NCBI GenBank assembly: GCA_951406725.2
Contig: OX597834.1
Location: forward strand, 8,680,001-8,744,000
DNA length: 64,000 nucleotides
Direction of reading: 5' to 3'
From: Octopus vulgaris
Taxonomy: Eukaryota
The position numbers and the translations under genes are program-made. The notes below the pieces were generated by a model. The model saw only the letters and a list, made by a program, of their open reading frames with translations, searched no databases and had not been told where the DNA came from. This document shows, one piece after another, positions 13,271 to 26,322 of this stretch. Every line of letters begins with the position of its first letter. Positions within the stretch are counted from its first letter, which is position 1.

Positions 13271-13662
13271 ACTCTTTTACTTGTTTCAATCATTTGACTG
13301 CGGCCATGCTGGAGCACCGCCTATAATCGAGCAACTCGACCCCGGCACTTATTCTTTGTAAGCCCAGTACTTATTCTATCGCTCTCTTTTGCCGAACCGC
13401 TAGATGACGGGGACATAAACACACCAGCATCGATTGTCAAGCAATGCTAGGGGGACAAACACAGGCACACAAACACACACATACATATATACATATACAT
13501 ATATACGACGGGATTCTTTCAGTTTCCGTCTACCAGATCCACTTACAAGGCTTTGGTCGGCCCGAGGCTATAGTAGTAGACACTTGCCCAAGGTGCCACG
13601 CAGTGGGACTGAACCCAGAACCATGTGGTTGGTAAACAAGCTACTTACCACGACTCACCTCC
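13271..13662 (-). mobile_element. SINE family A
   Basis: Full-length homolog. Confidence 0.9.
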
Positions 13663-14312
13663 TTCAGATACATACACATATTTTAAGTGTGTTTTTCGGA
13701 ATTTTAAGTGGACGGCATGTGATACGAAGAAGTCATTTTCGAGGGATGATCTTCATTGCATGTTTTCCAGTTTTTACGATTTCTCTTTGATGAGAATTAG
13801 TTTTACGACTCCGTCTTTCTGTGCGAAATCCGATTGCAGTAACTAATAAAATTTTAACATAATTCCATTGACGTCTTAAACCGCTTTTTCGCTCAGCATT
13901 AGTCACGTCTACTTTGGCTGTCGTGAAATTAACAAAGTCAAAATTTCTTAATCGATTCTAGTCTAGACATTGTGCATTTTTTTGTTGAAACTTTCTATTA
14001 TTTGTTTTGTAGATTTGCTATTTAATCTTTAGCAATCACTCACTTTGATATTCGTTGTTCAATTTCGTCAGTAAATACATGTGTCATATTAAATCTACCA
14101 TGTTTAAAAATTGAATAATTACTTATCACTCGTATCGGCAATTGTTTAAACGGAGCTTCACACCAACAGTTAAGTTTTACCTTGATTTCTGTCGCTGGAT
14201 TGCATTCATACAGTGGTATCACCTTCAACTAACTTCATCGATCGTATTGAATCCATAATTGCTCGTCGAAACGTGAACGTCATTAGATATAAAGTTAGAT
14301 CGTATACGCTAA

Positions 14313-14703
14313 TCTCTCTATATATGAAGCTGAAGTTGTCTGTGTATGGCAGGTTTGGTAGCCTTCAACTAACACTATCTCCTCCTAAACCCTGCGGTGC
14401 AAGTTGACCAAAATTGAGAATATGATAGAAGAAAGCTTGCTTTTCCTTCCGTAGAAGAAAATATTCAAATCGGACCATGTTAACACCAACAATTATTTAC
14501 ATCAAAAAGGTGCTTTTTTCTATGAAAATCCCTATTTTTTACGATTTTTTGACTGCTGTGTCGCCATTTTTCGGTGTATTTCAACCAGAAAAATGTTCAC
14601 TTAAAAAGAATAACAAGCTACATAATGCAATTTGTTTACTTTTCACAAATTTCAATTCTAAAGGGTCGAAACAAACTCGAGTAACGACGGGTGGTACTGC
14701 TAG
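14313..14703 (+). mobile_element. Non-autonomous Helitron, second subfamily
   Basis: A|TCTCTCTATATATGAAGCTGAAGTTG 5' end and ACTCGAGTAACGACGGGT...ACTGCTAG|T 3' end. The termini resemble 7325-7621 but the interior differs. Confidence 0.8.
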
Positions 14704-15137
14704 TACTTGATATACGGCGTCGACCTAAAAAGAGATGCATAATTCGACGTTTTAAATCAATTTTGCGTCTTTGTCTCCCACTGCAGCTTGCAAAGTTGAT
14801 GTAATTTGTTTACGTCCACGTAACTTAGCGGTTCAGCAAAAATGATCCGATAAAATAAGTACCAGGCTTAAATAACAGTTAAGTACTGAGTCGATTCATG
14901 ACACTGAATGTTCTTCAGAGCCATGCCCAAGCATGGCCGTACTTTAGTGACTGAAACTCATAAAAGATCCATACATACCATTACATACAAATAGGCTCAC
15001 TAGATGATTATTATTACACGCTCACAAATGTGTCTCGACAGGGTCTCCCCAAAAGCTAGAAATAGAAAGGATATGCCCTATAAATTACATCTAAACACAT
15101 TAACAGTGAAAGATACTTGAAATAATGTCTTAGCTGT

Positions 15138-15449
15138 TTTATTTTTATTTATGCGCCCTTTTCAAGCATAGCCAGGGTCATGGACCCGGTTTCCCGGTTT
15201 CTATGGCGTAGGTGTTCCCCCCAGCTGGACGGGACGCCAGTCCATCGCATCGTTACTCAAGAAACAGGAAGAAAGAGTGAGATAAATTTGGGGCGAAAGA
15301 GTACAAAAGGGTTCGCTACCAGCCCCCTGCCGGAGCCTCGTGGAGCTTTTGGTGTTTTCGCTCAATAATCACACACAACGCCCGGTCTGGGAATCAAAAC
15401 CGCAATCCTCCGACCGTGAGTCCGCTGCCCTAACCATTGCGCCTCCACT
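15138..15449 (-). mobile_element. SINE family C (tRNA head, V-SINE-like GCGATGGACTGGCGTCCCGTCCAG block)
   Basis: TSD TCTTAGCTGT at 15128 and 15451; homolog at 25401-25725; AT-rich tail. Confidence 0.88.
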
Positions 15450-16156
15450 ATCTTAGCTGTATGTGATAGAAATTTAAATGTAGGAATGGGTGAACTTGAT
15501 ATAGGGTTAAGTATCAACGACGCCAGAAGCGACTTTTCTTATTTACGTGCGTTTAACTACTAGACGGTTATCAACTTAATTTTCCAAAGCCTCCTTTACG
15601 ACATCTCGCGTCGATTGTCGTTGAACCGATCTACTTAAATACATTGACGGGAATTATGTTAATAAGTCATTTACTATGAATAATTGAATACGACGTTTTC
15701 GTCCATTCATTCTGTGCGAAGGAAAATTTTATTCCGACTGGCATTCACTGGTTTTCACGCCTTGTTCGAAAGTGATTTAAACAAAGAGCAATACGTTCCG
15801 TATTTATGACGAAGGCAGAGATCTGATAGACTTGAGTACATCGTGTTTACCAAACATCAGAATTACTGTGTATTATGTACCATGAACAATAGAAATTCGA
15901 ACAATTTACGAAAGTACATTTCTATACAATTGAACTTGATTTAGTTTGATATTTGAGTGAGTTTGACGTTGCATCAATCATGAATTAAGATTCTATATTT
16001 TTTTAAAGATATATTAATCCGTAAGACGTATCTAAGGATTTGTTGTTATATACAAATAAATACATAAATAATTTAAATAAATAAAAATAATTTTTTCCTG
16101 AATCATTTAACTAATGATTTTTCTTTGGAGCTGTAGGAAAACCAGTGTGCATAACC

Positions 16157-16385
16157 TATTTCTTTATTACCCACAAGGGTCTAAACACAGAGGGGACAAA
16201 TAAGGACAGACATAGGTATTAAGTCGATTACATCGACCCCAGTGCGTAACTAGTACTTAATCTATCGACCCCGAAAGGATGAAAGGCAAAGTCGACCTCG
16301 GCGGAATTTGAACTCACAACGTAACGCAGACGAAATACCGCTAAGCATTTCGCCCGGCGTGCTAACGTTCTGCCAGCTCGCCGCC
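16157..16385 (-). mobile_element. SINE family B
   Basis: Full length, flanked by TSD TGTGCATAACC/TGTGCCTAACC. Confidence 0.92.
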
Positions 16386-16639
16386 TGTGCCTAACCGGTT
16401 TCACAAAGCCTCGACACATGGGAAAAGTAGTTAAATTTCTGAACCGGCGTCTGGTCAGCATGTAACTAATTGAGCATACTCTGCTCAAGGCTCACGAAGG
16501 TGAAGGTTGCCTTAGACCGATGCATATATTCTTTTCCCCGCAAAAATGTGCATGCGCGGTTCTGCAGTGGAATTACCGTAAGAAGATAATTCGAAAGAGA
16601 TAAATACACACTATAAATGTACACTAATAGAATCTCATA

Positions 16640-17102
16640 TAAGGGAGTGCTGAAAAAATTCCTGGCTTTAAGGGTAAAAAGCCTGATTGGATGCCCAAAC
16701 TGCCTAGTTGTTTTGAAGGGCTTAGAAAAACTGAAGGACCACTGAAAATAAGTGTGTGAATCTGTGGGGCAATATGTATTTATTTCTTACTGCCCACAAG
16801 GGGCTAAACATAGAGGGGACAAACAAGGACAGACAAAGGTATTAAGTCGATTACATCAACCCCAGTGCGAAGCTGGTACTTTATTTATCGACCTCGAAAG
16901 GATGAAAGGCAAAGTCGACCCCGGCGGAACTTGAACTCAGAACGGAACGACAGACGAAATACCGCTAAGCATTTTGCCCGGTGCGCTAACGTTTCTGCCA
17001 GCTCTCCGCATATGTGGAGCAATATGTTCAATACAATCATAATTAACTGATCCTCCTGCGTTTTATTTTACCCAAAGCCAGGAGCTTTTCAGCATCCCTT
17101 CG
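16640..17102. mobile_element. Mariner-derived MITE interrupted by a SINE
   Basis: TIRs AAGGGAGTGCTGAAAAAATTCCTGGCTTT / AAAGCCAGGAGCTTTTCAGCATCCCTT with TA flanks. The interior resembles a mariner transposase C-terminus. Confidence 0.75.
16778..17012 (-). mobile_element. SINE family B nested in the MITE
   Basis: 15-bp TSD TGTGG(G/A)GCAATATGT at 16763-16777 and 17013-17027. Confidence 0.92.
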
Positions 17103-17889
17103 TACAACCACGTGCGCACACAGACACACAGACACACATAAAGTCACGTATTGGACTTCGATATATTAATTTGTAAGGCATATTTAGGTATTTCTTAGCA
17201 TATATAAAGTATATTTAAATTTATTTTGAATCATTTCAACTACAATTTTCCTAACCAGCTGAAACAGCGTAGGAAGACCAGTGTGTACGACCGATTTTGT
17301 CAAAGCCTCAAGACGTTTGAAAATTAGTTAAATTTCTGAACCGAGACCTCGTCAGAATGCGTCTCAGAATAACGGTCAAAATAGAATATATACAAAACGG
17401 TTATTAAATCTACTAACTTTGATCTTATAAATAGGTTCCTCATAATTTAAGAAAATCAAGCATAAAGAAATTGAAGAATATCATAAGTTAAGAAAGGTTA
17501 ATCTATTTCTATCAATGTTAGTTAAAACTTGCACTAATTTGAGCACATAACATTGACGCCTGGATTGTGAATGTAACTGTACAACAAACGGAGATGCCTG
17601 CTTCTACAAGACATGCTGATAGGAGACGCTTCTAAGCCATTGCTTCGCAGGCTGAAATCAGTAGCTATACAACCTTAATAATTCCAAGCATCTGTCTTGA
17701 TGTTGGAAGGTTAACATGAATACTGCAACATTTGATGGAACGAATTGGATGGCAGGTTTCATTCAGTCGTAGGTCTGCTAGATTGGGCACAATCTGGAAC
17801 CGTTTGGCAAATATAATCGCAGTAAGCTAGTCGTACATCAGTAACAATGTGTGCAAAAGTAAACATCGCTGCCGTGATAGTTTTTACTG

Positions 17890-18132
17890 CTAGTAGTGTT
17901 GGAGGTGATGGTGGTGTCGGCGGTGATAGTGGTGTTGATAGTTGTTTTTGCTGTTGTTGTGGTGTTGATGGTGGTGTTTGTTGGTGGTGAAGTTTAATGT
18001 TCTTTTCGTCTTCAATATTTCTACATCATCTTCGCCGCCAACACTTATGTTCTTGGAACCGCCGCCGAAGCCAGCGTCGCCAACAAACCCCCACATCACT
18101 AGCATCATCATCATCATCATCATCACCATCAC

Positions 18133-18173
<41 letters not shown>

Positions 18174-18177
18174 CCAC

Positions 18178-18226
<49 letters not shown>

Positions 18227-18510
18227 GTCATCATCATCATCATCATCATCATCGTCATCATCATCGTCACCATTATCATTATCACCATCATCATCATCAT
18301 CATCATCATCATCACCGTCATCATCGTCATCCTCACCACCGTCATCACCGTCATCATCATCATCATCCTCCTCATCATCATCCTCATCATCATCCTCCTC
18401 CTCATCATCATCATTATCATCATCGTGATCATCATCATCATCATCATCATCATCATCTTTATCATCATCATCCCGAACACCAGCATTTCCTTTTGTCTTC
18501 ATTTAAGAAT
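17890..18510. repeat. (CAT)n-rich low-complexity segment, paralogous to 21742-22070
   Basis: Shares unique flanks with the second copy: TTAATGTTCTTTT..TCTTCAA.ATTTCTACAT and CGAACACCA.CATTT.CTTTTGTCTTCATTTAAGAA. Confidence 0.85.
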
Positions 18511-18886
18511 CAACAATGAATCAACGGCACCAAATTCGTTTCCATCGTTACCATGATTATAAGTTGAAATTACTGAAAATAATCATCTTAGCAGGTTGAT
18601 CTTACCTCAATATATATACATCAATAACTTTCATGTACTTTTTTCTAATTTTCTTATAAATTTCCTCGGAATATTTACTTAATCTACAAATCTTGTATCA
18701 TTTTTCGTTTACTTGTTTTAATCGTTGCACTGCGGTCATGCTGGGGCAACGAATTAACGCATTTATATCGAAGTAATTGACATGGGCCCTTATTTTTTAG
18801 GCCTGGCACTTTTTCTATCGATTGATATTTGCCGAACTAAATTATTCACGTATTTTTCGATGTTATTATTATTATTATTATTATTA

Positions 18887-19316
18887 GGACCATTTCGGTT
18901 TGAACGGCATTTTTTAACATAATTTCTAGGTAACTAAGAAATTTTAAAACTTCGTATACTGGTAGAATGTGTTTATAAAACATATATTTCTCTTGGCTTT
19001 ATTGAGAAAATTCTATAGTTTGTAAGATATTTGTTGTTGTTTTTTCTTCAATTTCTGCAATTTCAACCAATCACTGACGTCTATTGAGGTAAAAAACATT
19101 ATGTGCCGTATGAATATGTCCCTCGTTTAAGAAACAGATTAGGTTTATTTACATTTGTGAAGAAAAACATATACACTTCCTCACGCACCAAACCCTAACT
19201 AACCCTAACCCTAAAACAGATTGAAATGCAATAGATCGATACTAGGGTCATAATTATGGGTGACAATTTCATATGACACCGCTAGAAAAAAACTGCCGTT
19301 CAAGCCGAAAAGATCC
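18887..19316. mobile_element. MITE with about 28-bp TIRs and 3-bp TSD (PIF/Harbinger-like), containing CCCTAA repeats
   Basis: GGACCATTTCGGTTTGAACGGCA...TGCCGTTCAAGCCGAAAAGATCC, flanked by TTA/TTA. A second copy lies at 30492-30920. Confidence 0.85.
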
Positions 19317-19410
19317 TTATTATCATTTATTGTTCAGGTCACTGTTTGGAATCGAACTTGGAATCTTAGCGTTAGTAGCCAGCGCTATTAAACAGTACGC
19401 CATATGCCGT
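19317..19410 (-). mobile_element. Short tRNA-like SINE with (AAT)n tail
   Basis: Minus strand GCATATGGCGTACTGTTTAATAGCGC...AGTTCGATTCC (A/B boxes). The tail continues as (TTA)n beyond the MITE at 18862-18886. Confidence 0.55.
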
Positions 19411-20458
19411 TGTGCCTATCCTATTACAATCAACATTAAATTTTTGGGTAGAGGTAGCCTTCTTGAGCGCCGGGAATACCTATCTGGTTATTTAGTAAAA
19501 TTTTACATGCATTGCGTTTTAGGATTCTAAAGAGAACATCATGATTTTCTACCCATCTCTGGAAGATTTTATTTCAAGCCTTAAGACGTCTCGTTCCCAC
19601 TATGTGTAGCAATTTCTCACATAGATGTTTCTCGATGTTTACGTTTCATTTAAGTTTTCTCATGCAATTGTGTTTGATGTTTGAAGAGTTTCGATTTCTA
19701 CATTATTGGACCGTCTGCAGAAGCAGGGTGTATCATATGTGTAGCTTTTATGCTCTTGTCATATATGGTTATTCGGTTATTCTTAACTTTGATAGGCAAT
19801 CTGTGAAGTGTAGCATTGATTTTGAATACTATTGGTGTTACACGATTTGTAGAATTACATCGGTAAAAAAAAAAAAAAAATCTCAAGCAATAAACTCTTG
19901 CCTCTGGGGTCGATATACTCTCAAATTTGCTCAACCACTCTTTTGTCCTTCATAATAGCCGTGATCCTTACATAATGCGCCGTGAATATGCTATTCAAGC
20001 CTATTCTGTCGCCTATATCTCATTACCCTTACGAAATTAACCCGCAGGAAACATCCATTTCAGCATCGAGAATGAAATGGAAAGGGGAAAACAAATAAGA
20101 ATAAGAATCAGGGAAAAATAATAAAAATCTAAGACGTTAAAAGTAAAAAAAACAAAACTGCTGAAGAAAATTCTGCTTTTACATTAAGATGCATAGGAAA
20201 TTTCGAAGGAAAAAGAAAAAAATGTATTATAGCAAGAATATAAATTCTATTTAACAGAATTGGTTGGAAATCTACGAAATTAGGGAAAGTATTTATAAAA
20301 ATGAGAGGGAGAGAGAAAGAGAGAGAGACAGAGAGAGGGAGAACTAATTCTGAACTTTCTTGTCTGGCCTGGATTTGCCTGTAAACGAACTATGGCTAAA
20401 GAAAGGGAAGACGAAGGCAAGAAGCAAGGAAATGAAAACAGGCCAGAAATACGTATGC

Positions 20459-20607
<149 letters not shown>

Positions 20608-20709
20608 CATAATCTGAAAATTATAGTAACGTTTGCCAAAGATATAATGAACGATAATAATAATAAAAGAAAACTTTTATGTAAGACGTAGAATAAAAAA
20701 CCCAGAAAA

Positions 20710-20751
<42 letters not shown>

Positions 20752-21089
20752 ATATATAGGTATAAATCTATATAAAACGTAAAGGCAAGGAAGAAATAAG
20801 TAGCTCGATGTATTAGTTACATAGAGTTTAGACGTGTGGATGGAATAGATCTCTATCTTTTCTACGACCTTAAAGACTGGCGGCGTATATAACCAATTTT
20901 GTTTCATCTTTTAGAATCGTATGAAAATGATAGGTAGGTAGCTGTTGAAAGATGCCCTTCTGCTGACTTCTCTCTCTCTCCCGTTTATAGCTACCTCCTC
21001 ACCATTTCTACTGCGGCATTACAGCTTCTTCTTCTTGTACTTCTGGTTCGGTTCGCTTTGTAGATGATTTGTTCTTGCTGTTGCTTTTG

Positions 21090-21090
21090 G

Positions 21091-21121
<31 letters not shown>

Positions 21122-22070
21122 CGGTGGTGGCGGTGGTGGTGGTGGTGATGGTGGTGGTGGTGGTGGTGGTGGCGGCGGTGGTAGCTGCGACGGTTTTTTC
21201 TTCTTTGCTAGAATTGGTGGAGATGGTGGTAGTGTTGGTGATGGTAGTGGTAGTGGTGGTGGTGGTGGCTTTGGCGATAGTACTGGTGTTGATAGTTGTG
21301 TTGCTGGTGGTGGTGGTGGTGGTGGTGGTGGTGCGGCGGTGGTAGATGCGACGGGTTTTTCTTCTTTGCTAGAATTGGTGGAGATGGTGGTAGTGTTGGT
21401 GATGGTAGTGGTAGTGGTGGTGGTGGTGGCTTTGGCGATAGTACTGGTGTTGATAGTTGTGTTGCTGGTGGTGGTGGTGGTGGTGGTGGTGGTGGTGGTG
21501 GTGGTGGTGCGGCGGTGGTAGCTGCGACGGGTTTTCCTTCTTTGCTAGAATTGGTGGAGATGGTGGTAGTGTTGGTGATGGTAGTGGTAGTGGTGGTGGT
21601 GGTGGCTTTGGCGATAGTAATGGTGTTGATAGTTGTGTTGCTGGTGGTGGTGGTGGTGTAGGTGGTGCAGCGGTGGTGGCGGCGACGGGTTTTTCTTCTT
21701 TGCTAGAATTGGTGGAGATGGTGGTAGTGGTGGTGGTGGTGTTAGTGGTGGTGGTGGTGGCTTTGGCGATAGTACTGGTGTTGATAGTTGTGTTGCTGGT
21801 GGTGGTGGTGCAGGGGCGGCGGCGGCGACGGTTTTTCTTCTTTGCTAGAATTGGTGGAGATGGTGGTAGTGGTGGTGGTGGTTTTGGTGATAGTACTGGT
21901 GTTGATAGTTGTGTTGCTGGTGGTGGTGGTGGTTGCTGTGAAGGTTAATGTTCTTTTAGTCTTCAACATTTCTACATTATCCTCGCCACCATCGACACCA
22001 CCACCACCACCACCACCACCAACATGATCATCTCGAACACCAACATTTTCTTTTGTCTTCATTTAAGAAG
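21090..22070. repeat. (GGT)n-rich minisatellite of five units, 143-176 bp
   Basis: The anchor GCGACGG..TTCTTTGCTAGAATTGGTGGAGATGG recurs at 21187, 21348, 21524, 21682 and 21825. Confidence 0.92.
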
Positions 22071-22089
22071 CAAAATCAGCAACAAAACT

Positions 22090-23273
<1,184 letters not shown>

Positions 23274-23477
23274 TGTGTGTATATTAATTCCTCGGCATAC
23301 ATCACCCTATTTCCTATTTCTTTCTTTCCTGTATATTTCTTTACTTTCCAGAATATTCTCCTGTCAGCTCCACTTAGTCTTTCAATGGTGGACGCCTGTC
23401 ATTTCTGCTGAGGTTTAATAAAACCCAGATACAGAAGTATATACACACGTTATCAATGTCTATAATTGTCTAACACA

Positions 23478-23521
<44 letters not shown>

Positions 23522-23629
23522 GCGCGTGTTTGTGTGTTATATTGTGTGATAGTTACAGCGTCAGAGGGCTTCCGAACAATATTTGCGATAGACTCAAACG
23601 GGCTGATTGGATAATTATTACGGAAAAAG

Positions 23630-24152
23630 GAAAGATAAACAAATTGAAGGCATGGCTGCTCTCGACTATTGGGATCGCCTTAAAGCCTTGAAACTTTACT
23701 CCCTCCAGCGTCGCCGTGAGCGGTACATCATTTGTACGATGTGGAAAATATACCGCCAACTTTGCCCAAACGACCTAAACATTAGCTTCAAGGTTCATCC
23801 GAGACTTGGACCACGGGCTATACGTCCCCTGCCAAATTCAAGATCACAACATACATGTACACTGCAACATAATTTCTTTTCCTCAACAGGCCCTGCCCTA
23901 TTTAACATTGTCCCGAGGAGATCAAAGAGGAAAAGGATCCCATCAACTTCAAACAGAGTCTGGATAGATTCCTTCAAAGAATACCAGACAAGCCACCCAT
24001 AATTGGATACAACTCACCCAACAAGAACTCACTACTTGAACAAAACTTGACTTAAACAGGATTCGAATAATCCTATCTGGTGGTGCTATTAAGTTAGACA
24101 TGGCCTGGACCAATCTCTGGTCGAAACATATCTAAGTTTTATCTAAGTTTTA
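23630..24152 (+). pseudogene. 3' end of a CR1-group LINE (ORF2 C-terminus plus 3' UTR)
   Basis: YWDRLKALKLYSLQRRRERYIICTMWK...FFSSTGPALFNIVP, then frameshifted FKQSLDRFLQRIPDKP. Terminal tandem (TATCTAAGTTT)2. Confidence 0.85.
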
Positions 24153-24360
24153 TAATCTTCTTAAATTGGTTTACCTCAAAGATAAGTGTGGCAGTTGTTT
24201 GTTTGAAGCCGCTGTTTCGTGTGTGAAACACATAGTGTGAATATACACTAGAGGCATTACCAGTAATATTATTGGGTGTATCTCTGTGGGTGAGGATATT
24301 TCTTTTTCCGTTGACATTTGATAGTCTAGAATTTGAATACGAAGCGAGTGAGTTTTTTTT

Positions 24361-24650
<290 letters not shown>

Positions 24651-24894
24651 AAAAGAAACAGTTGCTTATGACACATGATAAAAAGGACAGATTGGGTGTA
24701 CTGATTCAGGGCATGAGGGAGAAGATAAGAAAAAAAGGTAGAAAAACGAAATAGAGTTTGGAAATCAACAGGTCTAGGTACTATGAAAGGATGTCGAAGA
24801 GAGATGCGACCCGTGTAATGAACAAGTTTTATATTAAACAGAATCGATTTGCATGTTGTTAATTTACACCATTTATGGGAATTTTCAAGAACTG

Positions 24895-24940
24895 AGAACT
24901 GCCGAAGATGAGTTGTGCACGTTTTGAAACATGTCGTACT
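24895..24940 (+). ncRNA. Degenerate hammerhead-like motif
   Basis: CCGAAGA...GAAACATGTC with palindromic ACATGT and a GUC triplet. Stems I and II are poorly preserved. Confidence 0.3.
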
Positions 24941-24994
24941 TTATTGCTAGAAATACAATGAAGTTCACAGTAAGTTTTGTAGGTTACTTTAAAA

Positions 24995-25375
24995 GAATGC
25001 TGACCAGAAGAAAATTAATATAATCGAGCTTTGGTGTTGGAGAAGACTTTTACGGATTCCATGGACAGCGAGGCTCACCAATGGAGGAGTTCTTAAGCAG
25101 ATCAGGCCGAAAATGTCGCTAGGAGCTAGGATCACCAAGGATAGATTGGCATATTTTAGTCATATTATGCGGAGAAAATCCCTGGTGAAGGACATCATGC
25201 TCGGAATGGTCAGTGGCAAGAGAGGAAGAGGCCGAACAAGAACCCGCTGGCTTGACACCATCAAGAGTGATACCGAATGGACATAGCCAATCTGAAAGAA
25301 TTGGCTCAGGATAGAACTGACTGGAGGACACTGATCCAACGAGTGACCGAGAGTCGACTTCGACTGAGCGGATAG
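24995..25375 (+). pseudogene. RTE (BovB-like) LINE 3' fragment
   Basis: ELWCWRRLLRIPWTARLTN..VLKQI..RLAYFSHIMRRKSLVKDIMLGMVSGKRGRGR..RWLDTIK. Confidence 0.9.
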
Positions 25376-25400
25376 ATATAGAGATTAAACGAATGAAGAT

Positions 25401-25725
25401 TGTTATTTATTTATGCGCCCTTTTCAAGCCTAGCCAGGCTCATGGACCCGGTTTCCCGATTTCTATGGCGTATGTGTTTCCCCCCCCCCAGCTGGACGGG
25501 AGGCCAGTCCATCGCAGTGTTACGCAAGAAACAGGAAGAAAGAGTGAGAGAAAGTTGGGTCGAAAGAGTACAACAGGGGTCGCCACACACACACCCTGCT
25601 GGAGCCTCGTGGAGCTTTAGGTGTTCACCCTCAACAAACACACACAACGCCTGGTCTGTGAATCGAAAACGCGATCCTCCGACCACGAGTCCGCTGCCCT
25701 AAGCATTGTGCCATTGCACCTCCAC
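25401..25725 (-). mobile_element. SINE family C
   Basis: TSD AAA(C/T)GAATGAAGAT at 25387 and 25726; homolog of 15138-15449. Confidence 0.88.
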
Positions 25726-25759
25726 AAATGAATGAAGATAATGGAAGTAAAAATAAAAA

Positions 25760-25950
25760 TGAAAATTATGAATCTAAAGTCATTACAGAGGAAAAATACG
25801 AGGATATTTCCTTGGACATTAGCAATTGCAGGGGATTAAAGGTTAAGATAGTGAAGCCGACGAAGACAGCAGAAACGGCGAAGACGGACATGAAACCTGA
25901 CGATGTTCGTGTGTAAAAGTCTGCACTATGAAGCTGGCTGAGATGTAGGA
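25760..25950 (+). pseudogene. Highly decayed RLE-type non-LTR C-terminus
   Basis: EEKYEDISLDISNCRGLKVKIVKP...KSAL resembles the K..KY.DL..EI...W..KV.IVP and QKSAL motifs. Confidence 0.35.
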
Positions 25951-26121
25951 GATAAGGTTAGCAGATAAAGGAAACAAGAACGAATGCAGATTTGCTGGCA
26001 GACTGTAAGGGAAATTGATGAGTGCAAAATTGCTTAGAAACAGAAAAAGTATAGGAACTGTGAATATATTGCCAGCAACCGATAGATTCGAGTTTTGGGC
26101 AAGTTTGAAAGCGAAGTAGGT

Positions 26122-26322
26122 TGTGACCGCGTTGGCGATTTTTTTCCCTCTGTTTTCCCCTTCTCTGGATCTTTCCTTCTCCTATGTTTCCGACGAAGAG
26201 CTCCGCTCGAAACGTTAGATCCTCCTTCTTTTCTTCTTTCCTGAGCGTCCAATAATACTATATTTGCTCCACGTCCTCGCGTTGTTGTGTTTTTTTTTTG
26301 TGCTTTCTTGTTTGGATTAACT
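26122..26322 (+). mobile_element. Family H1 short repeat
   Basis: Inverted homolog of 898-1092. Confidence 0.8.
26186..26220 (+). ncRNA. Minimal hammerhead-like motif (H1 family)
   Basis: GTTT-CCGACGA-A-GAGC-TCC-GCTC-GAAAC-GT-T-AGAT. Confidence 0.6.

Noticed and set aside
24106-24132. Hairpin plus GAAAC at the LINE and SINE A tails as a hammerhead
   Set aside because: No CUGANGA upstream; better explained as a LINE recognition stem-loop.
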